Shown here piece by piece: positions 1-8,775 of a DNA stretch of 54,945 nt. How positions within the stretch are numbered: position 1 is the first letter of the stretch; each line of letters begins with the position of its first letter. A model generated the notes under the pieces. That model was not told where the DNA came from. It saw only the letters and a program-made list of their open reading frames with translations, and searched no databases. Origin of the DNA: Spartobacteria bacterium (GTDB taxonomy: Bacteria; Verrucomicrobiota; Verrucomicrobiia; Chthoniobacterales; UBA6821); assembly GCA_947482345.1 (NCBI GenBank), contig CANKJN010000006.1, positions 1 to 54,945 on the forward strand, given 5' to 3'. Position numbers and translations under genes: made by a program.

Positions 1-175
1 GGGAAAGGATGTAGCGGCCGGTGTTCATTGCCACAGATCGTCACCAAACGACTCTCCAAGTTCAAATCCCTCACATCCATTTTGGATCGCAACTCACTCA
101 TCTTGAAGAATAAACAAAAACCAATCACCCTCTCAACCGGACACTAGTGCCACCACATCAAAACTCTCAACATCC

Positions 176-604
176 GTGAAGTCTTCGGAGCGAGGCTTGG
201 CAATGATTTCCAGGAAGTTCTTTGCCCGACATACCACGAGTTCGGGCGGGGTTCGGTTTCTCTCGCATGTAGGGAAGGCCAAAGAGGCAGTGGTGATCCC
301 GCCAGAAGCAGCACGCCTGATCAAGGTCATCCTTGCCGAAATGGAGGAGGGCAGGACGGTATCCGTCAACTCTTCCGCAGAGCGGGAAATCACGACCCAG
401 GAAGCAGCCGGGCTTTTGAACGTCTCGAGACCATTTTTGGTAAAACTACTCGAGACCGGACAGATTCCATTCCGCAAGGTGGGATCACGACGCCGAGTCC
501 TTGCCAAGGATGTGCTTTCCTACAAGAAGTCGACTGATTCGATGAGAGGCCGGGTTCTTGAAAAACTCGCCAAGCAGGCACAGGAACTGAACATGGGCTA
601 CTAG
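176..604 (+). CDS. Excisionase-family (Xis/HTH_17) DNA-binding protein, probable antitoxin of the downstream PIN gene
   Basis: Motif EITTQEAAGLLNVSRPFLVKLLETGQIPFRKVGSRRRV and C-terminal AQELNMGY typical of Xis-like partners of PIN toxins; start could be ATG 203. Confidence 0.85.
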   Translation: MKSSERGLAMISRKFFARHTTSSGGVRFLSHVGKAKEAVVIPPEAARLIKVILAEMEEGRTVSVNSSAEREITTQEAAGLLNVSRPFLVKLLETGQIPFRKVGSRRRVLAKDVLSYKKSTDSMRGRVLEKLAKQAQELNMGY

Positions 605-614
605 TTAACCGACG

Positions 615-905
615 ATGCAAATCGCCCTCCTCGATGCGTGTGTCTTGTACCCTGCACCGCTGAGGGATCTGCTGATGCAGTTGGCGCTTGGTGATCTTTA
701 TCGGGCTAAGTGGACTGAGCGAATCCACAATGAGTGGATGAGAAATGTCATGGCAAATCGCCCAGACCTGAGCAGGCAAAAGATCGAGAGGACGCGCACC
801 CTGATGGATTTGCACACGAGGATGGCCTTCCCACAAAGCTCGTCGCTAAAATCAAGAACACACAAAAGGCAACATTCTGCCACGTTCAACAACGATAACC
901 TCTAA
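615..905 (+). pseudogene. PIN-domain (VapC-like) toxin, 3'-truncated
   Basis: ALLDACVLYPAPLRDLLMQLA...YRAKWTERIHNEW is a recognisable PIN N-terminus; similarity ends near nt 822 and the later acidic motif is absent. Confidence 0.75.
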
Positions 906-949
906 AAATACGCTTGACGTACCTCATCTCTTTATATTTTCGTTGGCAG

Positions 950-1582
950 ATGAGTTTCTTCAAAAAACAACCAATTCTGATCCTAGTTCTTTCAGTCCTG
1001 CTTTCTGCCGCACCTTGCGTTAAGGCAGACCTCTACACCTTTACCTTATCCTACACTCCGTCATGGGGGGGTTCCGGAACAACTACTTGGTCCTTTACGT
1101 CCCAGTCCTTAGCCCTTGGACTGCAACCTGATAGCAATATTTTGAGCAACCCCGTCAATTTACAGTCCGGCGTGTCTCTCCTCTCTACTCCTAATGACTC
1201 CCTTCCAATCGGGTATAGCGCCCATTTCCTATCCCTGTATGATGCCTCCTACGGAACTTCGGGAGGGCTTCCGAATTATGGAGGTAATTCAATGGGAAAT
1301 GGATTGTTCGATGTCTTTGACTTTGGCTGGGGATTCCAAACACTGCATGCAAACTGGACAGGAGCTACTCCGACCATTGATCCAGTGCTTGGAACGGCAA
1401 CTTTCGCTCTAGGAGTTTACACGTTCCAAGGCACGAGCGTGGATGCCAATGGCGGTCCATGGACCTACCCGGACCGCAGCGGAACACTGACCGTGGTTCC
1501 CGAACCGGGATGCTTAGTCTTATCCATCTTGGGAATTGGATTCTTGATTGTGTCGCGTCGCAAACAGTGGCTGAAGGTCTAA
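950..1582 (+). CDS. PEP-CTERM sorting domain protein
   Basis: Signal peptide (ILILVLSVLLSAAPCVKA), S/G/T-rich body, C-terminal VPEP + hydrophobic helix + RRK; ATG 950 preferred over TTG 914. Confidence 0.9.
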   Translation: MSFFKKQPILILVLSVLLSAAPCVKADLYTFTLSYTPSWGGSGTTTWSFTSQSLALGLQPDSNILSNPVNLQSGVSLLSTPNDSLPIGYSAHFLSLYDASYGTSGGLPNYGGNSMGNGLFDVFDFGWGFQTLHANWTGATPTIDPVLGTATFALGVYTFQGTSVDANGGPWTYPDRSGTLTVVPEPGCLVLSILGIGFLIVSRRKQWLKV

Positions 1583-1901
1583 ACCGGGTTTTGCACCTAA
1601 GGGTTGCAAAATCCGCTCCCGCCTCCTTCACCCGCAATCTGTAGAGCGTCGTCGTCGTAGGTGAGACCCGATTCGTTGGGGTGCCCTCCGACCATCCCGC
1701 ATTACACCCTCCCAGAGTAACGTAGCCACCGCTCTAGGGCCTGTTAAATGTTTTTGTAGCCATTATTAGGGGCGTCATCGGGCACTCAGCATTGTTGGAT
1801 CGCTCAGTCAGTTGCACAACTCAAGATAACCGGAGGGATGACAACAACGCCACGCTCCAAAAGAACAGGCCGAAAAGGATGATTCCTATTGTTAGTTGGT
1901 A

Positions 1902-3515
1902 TTAATCGGAAGATGCCGATGGCAGGAGGGGGAGACCTAGCTCTGCCAAGAATTCGTTGTGCTTCGCCGTTGCCTTATGGATGGCTTCCTCGATTTTTAC
2001 CAACTCGCCGTGCGTTGCCTCTAGGTTGATCTCAGGTTGGGCCTCCGCTGTGCTGATGTAGCGGGAGATGTTGAGGTTGAAGTCATGCTTCTCGATCTCT
2101 GCCATCTCCACCCGACGGGAGTAGCGGGGCTCCTCAGTACGGCTCTGGTAGGTCTCGATAATCTTCGCGATATCCTCGTCACGCAGGCGGTTCTGGCGTT
2201 TGCCTTTCACGAAGTGCTCGGCGGCGTTGATGAAAAGCACGTCGTCGGGCTTCTTGCATTTCTTGAGCACGAGGATGCAGACGGGGATTCCGGTGGAGTA
2301 GAAGAGATTGGCTGGCAGGCCGATGACGGTATCGATGTGGCCGTCCTTGAGCAGTTTGGTGCGGATGCGTTCCTCGGCTCCGCCACGGAAGAGCACGCCG
2401 TGCGGCAGGATGATGGCCATCACGCCTTCGTCTTTGAGGTAGTGGAAGCCGTGCAACAGGAAGGCGAAGTCAGCGGCGGACTTGGGGGCGAGGCCGTGGC
2501 TTTTGAAGCGCACGTCGTCGGCCAGCGCGTCGGTGGGTTCCCAACGAAGGCTGAAGGGAGCATTGGCCACGATGGCGTCGAAACTCGGCTTCTTGGCCGG
2601 GTTCTGCTCCCGCATCATGTCCCATTCGTTGAGAAGGGTGTCGCCGTGGAAGATCTCAAACTCCGAGTCCTTCACCCCGTGCAGCAGCATGTTCATGCGG
2701 GCCAGGTTGTAGGTGGTGATGTTTTTCTCCTGGCCGAAGATCTTGCCGATGGTGCCGCCGGCCTTGTTCATCCTTTTGCGGACATTGAGAATCAGCGAGC
2801 CGGACCCGCAGGCGAAGTCCAGCACACTTTCCAGGCGTTTCTTGAGGCCGGTCTTCGGTTCCTGGCTGTCCAGCGTGACGATGGCGGAGAGGATATCGGA
2901 CATCTGTTGCGGGGTGTAAAACTCGCCAGCCTTCTTGCCGGACCCCGCGGCAAACTGACCGATCAGGTATTCATAGGCATCGCCCAGAGCGTCGATGTCC
3001 GTGGAGAAATCAGCCAATCCCTCGGCGATCTTCTGGATGATGGTGCAGAGCTTGGCATTCCGATCCGCATAGGTCTTGCCTAGCTTGGGGGAACTCAGGT
3101 CGATCTCCGAGAACAGGCCCTGGAAGGTGCTCTCAAAGGATTCTGTCTCGATGTATTTGAAGCCCGCTTGCAGCGTGTTCAGCAGCTCCGCATTCTGGGT
3201 GCGGGCCTGGTTGGCGATGCTGTTCCAGAGGTGTGCGGGCTGGATGACGTAATGCACCTTACGGCGCATCTGCTTTTCGAACTCCGGGATGTCGTCCACG
3301 TTGTTCGCATACCAGAGCGCCAGAGGCACCTTGCGGGTGTCGTCGCCCACTTCGGGGTAATCCCTCCCCAGTTCCTTCTTCGCTGCCGTCTCATAGTTGT
3401 CGGAGAGGTAGCGCAGGAAGAGGAAGGAGAGCATGTAGTCACGGAAGTCATCCGCATCCATCGCCCCGCGTAGTTGGTCGGCGATGCTCCAAAGGGTATT
3501 GCCCAGTTGAGTCAT
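1902..3515 (-). CDS. hsdM: Type I restriction-modification methyltransferase subunit M
   Basis: LWSIADQLRG N-terminus, GEFYTP, motif I DFACGSGSL, motif IV variant NAPF, LPHGVLFRG. Confidence 0.97.
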   Translation of the reverse strand: MTQLGNTLWSIADQLRGAMDADDFRDYMLSFLFLRYLSDNYETAAKKELGRDYPEVGDDTRKVPLALWYANNVDDIPEFEKQMRRKVHYVIQPAHLWNSIANQARTQNAELLNTLQAGFKYIETESFESTFQGLFSEIDLSSPKLGKTYADRNAKLCTIIQKIAEGLADFSTDIDALGDAYEYLIGQFAAGSGKKAGEFYTPQQMSDILSAIVTLDSQEPKTGLKKRLESVLDFACGSGSLILNVRKRMNKAGGTIGKIFGQEKNITTYNLARMNMLLHGVKDSEFEIFHGDTLLNEWDMMREQNPAKKPSFDAIVANAPFSLRWEPTDALADDVRFKSHGLAPKSAADFAFLLHGFHYLKDEGVMAIILPHGVLFRGGAEERIRTKLLKDGHIDTVIGLPANLFYSTGIPVCILVLKKCKKPDDVLFINAAEHFVKGKRQNRLRDEDIAKIIETYQSRTEEPRYSRRVEMAEIEKHDFNLNISRYISTAEAQPEINLEATHGELVKIEEAIHKATAKHNEFLAELGLPLLPSASSD

Positions 3516-3553
3516 AGAATTGAGAAGTGAGAATTTTGAAGTGAGAAAGTCAT
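3512..3553 (-). other. 13-codon bridging mini-ORF (MTFSLQNSHFSIL) encoded by a repeat arm
   Basis: ATG overlaps the four-helix-bundle stop (ATGA) and its TGA overlaps the hsdM ATG (ATGA); translation not shown. Confidence 0.45.
3516..3549. repeat. 7-nt periodic arm D (TGAGAAG family)
   Basis: agaat-tgagaag-tgagaat-tttgaag-tgagaaa; 3524-3547 matches 4939-4962 at 23/24; inverted relative to 3910-3943 and 4984-5010. Confidence 0.85.
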
Positions 3554-3909
3554 GGAGATTTCAGTTTTTTGACGATGGTTGTGAGGATGGCGACAAGTTG
3601 ATTCGCCTCGTCGAGGAGGGGTGTGAGTTGCCGTTCTGGGAGAATATCCGCAGCGAGGAGGAGGCGCAGCCAATAGTGGGTTTCGCGGGCTTCTTTGAGT
3701 GAAATAGAGACTTTGGAAAGAAAATCGGCGCGGCTTTGTCCACCCTTGGATTCTTCCAGATTGGCACCGACTGAAGTGCCGGAACGCAATAGCTGATTTG
3801 CCAAAGTCCGCGACACTCCCGGTTTCTCGTCCAACACTTGACACAGCTTTATTACCCGCACCGCAAAGGTAAAGGCACGTTCTGCAATTTCCTGTGGCTC
3901 CTCACTCAT
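3550..3909 (-). CDS. Four helix bundle protein (TIGR02436 / 23S rRNA IVP / bAvd-like family)
   Basis: QLLRSGTSVGANLEE...SRADFLSKVSISLKEARETHYWLRLL family signature, 119 aa. Confidence 0.93.
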   Translation of the reverse strand: MSEEPQEIAERAFTFAVRVIKLCQVLDEKPGVSRTLANQLLRSGTSVGANLEESKGGQSRADFLSKVSISLKEARETHYWLRLLLAADILPERQLTPLLDEANQLVAILTTIVKKLKSP

Positions 3910-3943
3910 TTTTCTAAATTCTCACTTCTCACCTCTCACTTCT
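3910..3943. repeat. 7-nt periodic arm C (CTTCTCA family)
   Basis: ttttctaaattctcacttctcacctctcacttct, inverted partner of arm D across the four helix bundle gene. Confidence 0.85.
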
Positions 3944-4937
3944 TCCGTTTCTTGAGTTTGGTTTCCAGTGCTTTGAGGTCGGCCTCATCCTGTTGATCGG
4001 CTTCGATGGCCTCGCGATTTTTGCGGTCTAGGTCGAACTTGATATAGAGTTTTCCGGTGCGCTCTTCCATCTGCTCATTGCTGATGGAACCCGCGTGCGT
4101 GAGCAGAGGGAAGCCGTTGGAGGAGATGATCTGATCCACATTCTCCCTCCAGAAGGCCATGCGCGTCTCCCGCTTGCTCTTGGCCCTCAGTTCGGCGGTT
4201 TCCAGGAAGATGACCACCAATCGGTTCAGGTTGTCGATCTCGTCCTCCGTCAGGTAGTTCTTGGCCACGAGGATGTCTGCCTTGCGCACCTTGTCACCCT
4301 TCCAGGCGAACAGGCCGAAATGCGGATCGGCAGTATTGGCCCGGGAGGTGATGAGTTCGGCGGCGGTTTTCCGCGTCACGGCAAAAATGAGCAGGTTCTG
4401 CACCGTTGCGAAAAAGACCTGCGTGGTCTTGTCGCTCTTGTCGTAGTCGCTACTCAGGGCAAAGAGGTCACGCACCTTCTGGTAGAAACGCTTCTCCGAG
4501 GCCCGGATGTCCCGGATGCGCTCCAGCATCTCGTCGAAGTAATCCGGGCGGCCATCAGGGTTCTTCAGACGCTCATCATCCATCGCGAAGCCCTTGATCA
4601 GGAATTCCTTCAGGACCGTGGAGGCCCAGCGGCGGAACTGCACGCCACGAGGCGAGCGCACCCGGTAGCCCACGGCCAGAATGGCGTCCAGATTATAAAG
4701 GGTGACGGAACGCTGCACCTCGCGCTCCCCTTCGATTTGAACTACCGAGGAATCCTCGGTAGTTGCCTCCCGGCTCAGTTCCCCATCCTCGAAGATGTTC
4801 TTCAGATGCAGCCCCACATTGTCCGTGCTTACATCAAAGAGCTGGGCCATCTCTCGCCGCGAAAGCCAGACGGTTTGATCCTTGGGCCGCAGCTTGATCT
4901 GGCTGCGCCCGTCTTCGGTGGTGTAGAGAACAATCAT
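3936..4937 (-). CDS. RhuM-family (virulence RhuM) protein
   Basis: IVLYTTEDG...YNLDAILAVGYRVRSPRGVQFRRWA...DYFDEMLERIRDIRASEKRFYQKV; family common in type I R-M loci. Confidence 0.92.
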   Translation of the reverse strand: MIVLYTTEDGRSQIKLRPKDQTVWLSRREMAQLFDVSTDNVGLHLKNIFEDGELSREATTEDSSVVQIEGEREVQRSVTLYNLDAILAVGYRVRSPRGVQFRRWASTVLKEFLIKGFAMDDERLKNPDGRPDYFDEMLERIRDIRASEKRFYQKVRDLFALSSDYDKSDKTTQVFFATVQNLLIFAVTRKTAAELITSRANTADPHFGLFAWKGDKVRKADILVAKNYLTEDEIDNLNRLVVIFLETAELRAKSKRETRMAFWRENVDQIISSNGFPLLTHAGSISNEQMEERTGKLYIKFDLDRKNREAIEADQQDEADLKALETKLKKRKK

Positions 4938-5010
4938 TGAAGTGAGAATTCTGAAGTGAGAAGCGAGAAATGACTGAGGTGACTTTTCTACGATCTCACT
5001 TCTCTCTTCC
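4938..5010. repeat. Cargo-free inverted pair of 7-nt periodic arms (B 4938-4970, A 4984-5010)
   Basis: tgaag-tgagaat-tctgaag-tgagaag-cgagaaa followed by ttttctacgatctcacttctctcttcc. Confidence 0.8.
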
Positions 5011-5052
5011 TCGAAAGGTTTTACCCAGTTGTTTTTGGTTGGTGGAGGTCAT
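4996..5052 (-). pseudogene. Orphaned hsdM N-terminal stub (MTSTNQKQLGKTFRGREK)
   Basis: QKQLGKT resembles the usual HsdM start; nt 5014-5031 match hsdM 3492-3509 at 15/18. Confidence 0.7.
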
Positions 5053-5085
5053 GCAGATCGGTAGCTGAGCAGGTTAATAAGAAAA

Positions 5086-7311
5086 TTATGGAGCTACGCC
5101 TATCACAGTGCACATGGAGGTGTAGTGAGGGAGGTCTTTCGCCTTTAGGGCTTCAATGACTTTTTTGACGGTGTTCTGCGCATTGGAAATAAAGTTTGGT
5201 TGCTGGAGAGCACGACTCCATCCCTGCAAGTGTGAAGCATCGTTAGAAAACTTCTGGATTTCTGTCTGATCAACATCCGCATCAAATAGAAGGTCGAGTT
5301 TCTTGTACCACTCTGGGACACAGGGCTTTTTGAAACCAAGGTATGCTTCGAGGAACTTACGCAGCAGGTTGGGTGAGGTATAAGCCTCATGAAGCGTTGG
5401 CGCTTGTGATGAGGAGAACTGGTGCAACTGGTCAAACACAAACTGGTATTCAGATTTGTATTTCCGAAGGAGCTTTGGAGTGTCTTCCAGCGTAGAGTGC
5501 CATAGGTGGGTGGGCTCATCTCGGTATCGCCGAGTGTAGTAAGAGCACGCATCGCCGCGATTGGTATAGTTTGGCTTCAAAAACCAATCATCCTTTAACA
5601 GTGTGTAAAGCTCACTGTTGTGCGTGGAGACAAAAATCTGTAAACACGGCTCCAGCTTTTTTGTGATCAACGCATAAATGGCGTAGATGTGGTTCGAATC
5701 GAGACTGGAAATGGGGTCGTCGATGAAGACAATCGTTTGATTTAGTGACGCGCCGTTGTTCTCAAGTGTAGCAAGGAAATAGGCAAAGGTGATGGCGGTC
5801 TTTTCGCCTTCGCTAAGGTTGCTGGCTGGTGCCCCATCGCGCCGAAACTCAAATGAGCCTCCGGGGATTTCAGCAACTGAGATGTTGTTGTCCGGCAGAA
5901 GAAACTGAACCGTCTCGTTGATCTTTTGCGCTGCGATGGATTGCTGCTGAATCTTCGCCTCGATTGCCGCCTTCTTGCCTGCAATCCTATTTAGTGAATC
6001 TTGCGCTGCATTGACCTGATCCATGGCGGCTTCAATTGCCGATTCCCTGCCTAGGACATTGTTGTCCTTGTAAAAGCTCGCAGCATGATGCTTATCGACT
6101 GCCCCTTTAGCAGCTCTTTTCTCAACGTCGATCTGTGTGCGCTTTTGATTGTGGTCTGTGACAAGCGCGTTGATGTCCAACACGAGCTGCTCAATTTCAG
6201 AGGCGCGGCCGGTAGCGACAACGCAAGCGAGCGGAGTTTCCAGGCTTAACTGCTTCAGCTTAGCAAGCTGTGTGAGTTCACCGACCGCCGCCCTTGCCCA
6301 AGTGGCCCATTCTTCGATCCTAGTCTTCAACGCAACAAACTGCGCCCGTAGGTCTGGAACAAAGTCACGTTCATCGGGAAGCTTAATGACCAGCTCTGCT
6401 TCTTCAAGTGTGGCGACTTGAGAAGCCACTTCTGCGGTTAAATCTTCGTAAGCTTCGGAGAAGTGCTTTTGCAGGGCGGTGAGACGCTCCTCAGGAATTT
6501 CTGATCCACAGAATTCGCACTGCGACGAACCCACATGATGCGACAGGCCTGTTCGTATCCATGATTCTAGGTCACGATTTTCTTTCAGTTTGGTTATGGC
6601 CTCGTTCGATGCGGTCTTCTGCATTACCGCTTGCAAGGTTAACCGCAAAGCGTCTGGATTCTCTGCTGGAGCGTTCACAGTATTGATGTTAGCCCATTGT
6701 TCTGTGCTGTGGACTAGCGCCACCTTTGCTTGGAGGTCCTTCTCGGTGAGAATAAAAGCGTCTGGCGTCGCTTTGACTCGATCAATTTCAGCTACGAGTT
6801 TGGTGCGGTTATAGGTTCTGTCTCCTGTTAAGGTGCCAAAAGACCTGGCATGATTTGTCCCTAACGAATCAAGTTCGTTTTGTAGCCGCCGGTGGTTCTC
6901 GGAGAGCCGTTCTTTGATACCTACAATTTTCGTCTCGTGCTCATTCAAACGACCAATTCGATTGCGCAGGTGGATGGTATTGCCGCCGACAATGAATACT
7001 GAAGGGGCTTGATGTTCCTGTAGAAAGTTGCGCTGAATGAAGTCGCGGTTAAAGACCTTTATGCGCGGAGGATTCGCCAGATTGGCGTGCGTCATTGTAG
7101 CTCCGCCTTGAAGCTCAACCTCGAACTGGCTTCCCTGCCACTGTGCGATTTGGTTTGGTTCAGCAAGAATCTGAAACAGCCGAGACAGCGTGGTTTTTCC
7201 CGAGTAATTCCAGCCGTAGATAAGGTTGCGCTTGGCAAAGGGAGTTGTGCCGCCCCATTGAAATTGGCGGTAGTTCCCGAAGTTCGTGAGGCGGTTGATT
7301 CTGCAGATCAT
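5086..7311 (-). CDS. AAA_13 ABC-type ATPase, RloC-like anticodon nuclease candidate
   Basis: Walker A GWNYSGKTT, coiled coil with zinc-hook CEFC, signature LSEGEK, Walker B IDDPISSLD, STHN, HEPN-like C-terminus NLLRKFLEAYL...NDASH; located between hsdS and hsdM. Confidence 0.85.
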   Translation of the reverse strand: MICRINRLTNFGNYRQFQWGGTTPFAKRNLIYGWNYSGKTTLSRLFQILAEPNQIAQWQGSQFEVELQGGATMTHANLANPPRIKVFNRDFIQRNFLQEHQAPSVFIVGGNTIHLRNRIGRLNEHETKIVGIKERLSENHRRLQNELDSLGTNHARSFGTLTGDRTYNRTKLVAEIDRVKATPDAFILTEKDLQAKVALVHSTEQWANINTVNAPAENPDALRLTLQAVMQKTASNEAITKLKENRDLESWIRTGLSHHVGSSQCEFCGSEIPEERLTALQKHFSEAYEDLTAEVASQVATLEEAELVIKLPDERDFVPDLRAQFVALKTRIEEWATWARAAVGELTQLAKLKQLSLETPLACVVATGRASEIEQLVLDINALVTDHNQKRTQIDVEKRAAKGAVDKHHAASFYKDNNVLGRESAIEAAMDQVNAAQDSLNRIAGKKAAIEAKIQQQSIAAQKINETVQFLLPDNNISVAEIPGGSFEFRRDGAPASNLSEGEKTAITFAYFLATLENNGASLNQTIVFIDDPISSLDSNHIYAIYALITKKLEPCLQIFVSTHNSELYTLLKDDWFLKPNYTNRGDACSYYTRRYRDEPTHLWHSTLEDTPKLLRKYKSEYQFVFDQLHQFSSSQAPTLHEAYTSPNLLRKFLEAYLGFKKPCVPEWYKKLDLLFDADVDQTEIQKFSNDASHLQGWSRALQQPNFISNAQNTVKKVIEALKAKDLPHYTSMCTVIGVAP

Positions 7312-7314
7312 GAT

Positions 7315-8637
7315 TCAATTATCCTCTGGGGATGGGAAAAGCTGCTGCATCAGGCCTTTCTTGTGGGTCTTGAGGGCTTCGTGCTTTTGGGTTTGCGCGG
7401 CGATGAGGTCGTCGAGGCTGGTGAGGCAGTCGGCGATGCGTTGTTGTTCGGCTATTCTGGGACAGTGGATCTCAAACTCCTTTATGCCCTGAGTCGTTAG
7501 GTTCGTGAAAACTCCTCCGTGTGTTGCTCCGCGTTCAAACTGGTTGCGAAGCGTACTCAATGTATGGAATAGAAAATCCTTATCCGCTTGCAACTCGTCT
7601 ATATCCACGAGTGCCAAGAAACCGTCGTGAATACAGGCGTCGACTGCCAGAAACGATACGATTCCAACCACCCCCGAGCAGACGATCGTTAGAGTTCCGG
7701 CTGGGCAAGGTCGGCTCATTGTTGCGCCTTCCTCGGTGAGTGAATCAATGCGAGGCGTAACCCATTTTCCATCTCGTGTGACATCCTGCACCATCAGTCG
7801 AGGAACAGGACCGCCAAAGAAACGAGGATCACCCTGTGGTCGAGGGCTAGAGCCTCTGATAACACGACTGATTTCATCCAATCGCACCCGCACCCACTCC
7901 CCGGCGTTTTGGAATTCGGGGAAGCGGAGGCGGGGTTGGGTTTCGCCTTCGCGGGGGAAAAGCTGCTGCATCAGCCCTTTTTTATGGGTCTTGAGCGCGT
8001 CCACTTTCCGCGCTTGCGCGGCCATCAGCTGGTCCACCGAACTCAGGCACTCGGCGATTTTTTGTTGTTCGGGTTCGTCTGGCCGAGGTGCGGCGGTGAA
8101 GAGGAATTGGGAGATAGAGATATTAAATCGCCCCGCTCTGGCACCTTCGTTTACTAAGCCACGCAGAGCCGCCTCATGGCTTCCAGATTCGAAATACCAT
8201 TCCCAAAAGACCGGGTTCTCGTCCGAGTGGAAGCGGAAGCACTTGTAGATCGGCGAAACGATTCCACCTTCATATTTGGACAGTCGTTTGATGGTGCCAA
8301 AGGTCGAGGCCTTTGTGGTTCTGTCGTTATAGACGAAGTCATTGCGGAGAAGTTTGAGGTATCTTTCCGCACTATCTCCCGCGATCTTTTTGCCGAAATA
8401 GTCGCTTTGAAGGACAAGGCCATGTTCGCCCGAGAGGCTCAATATATTATCTGCATCGCCCGTTACTGCCCTGTCAGATACGGGCCGGGCAATCTTCTGG
8501 AGTTGTGCCACCTTCCATCCTGCCAACTTCCGAAACTCCGGGAACCGCAGCTTCGGCACCAGCGCGGGCGTTGCCTCTTCCTTTTGGGTCTCACACGAAG
8601 ACACGAAGGCACGAAGGTTTTTGGATTTCTTAATCAT
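7315..8637 (-). CDS. hsdS: Type I restriction-modification specificity subunit S
   Basis: PKLRFPEF/PRLRFPEF and two EQQ.IA.CL.S.D...LKTHKKGLMQQLFP conserved blocks separating two TRDs; ATG 8637 preceded by GAGGG. Confidence 0.95.
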   Translation of the reverse strand: MIKKSKNLRAFVSSCETQKEEATPALVPKLRFPEFRKLAGWKVAQLQKIARPVSDRAVTGDADNILSLSGEHGLVLQSDYFGKKIAGDSAERYLKLLRNDFVYNDRTTKASTFGTIKRLSKYEGGIVSPIYKCFRFHSDENPVFWEWYFESGSHEAALRGLVNEGARAGRFNISISQFLFTAAPRPDEPEQQKIAECLSSVDQLMAAQARKVDALKTHKKGLMQQLFPREGETQPRLRFPEFQNAGEWVRVRLDEISRVIRGSSPRPQGDPRFFGGPVPRLMVQDVTRDGKWVTPRIDSLTEEGATMSRPCPAGTLTIVCSGVVGIVSFLAVDACIHDGFLALVDIDELQADKDFLFHTLSTLRNQFERGATHGGVFTNLTTQGIKEFEIHCPRIAEQQRIADCLTSLDDLIAAQTQKHEALKTHKKGLMQQLFPSPEDN

Positions 8638-8775
8638 GACATTCCCTCTTCTTCTTCGCGGCTTCGTGGCTTCGCGTGCGATTTTCCCCGAAACTCGGGA
8701 AACCATAGCTTCGGCACCAGCGCGGGCGTTGCCTCTTCCTTTTGGGTCTCACACGAAGACACGAAGGCACGAAGG
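8530..8775. repeat. Direct repeat with 158-bp period duplicating the hsdS 5' region
   Basis: 8549-8617 identical to 8707-8775 (69 bp); similarity extends to 8530/8688. Confidence 0.95.

Noticed and set aside
914-940. Sigma-70 promoter TTGACG...TATATT
   Set aside because: Spacer is only 13 bp
3550-3909. Diversity-generating retroelement suggested by the Avd-like protein
   Set aside because: No reverse transcriptase in the window and no template/variable repeat pair
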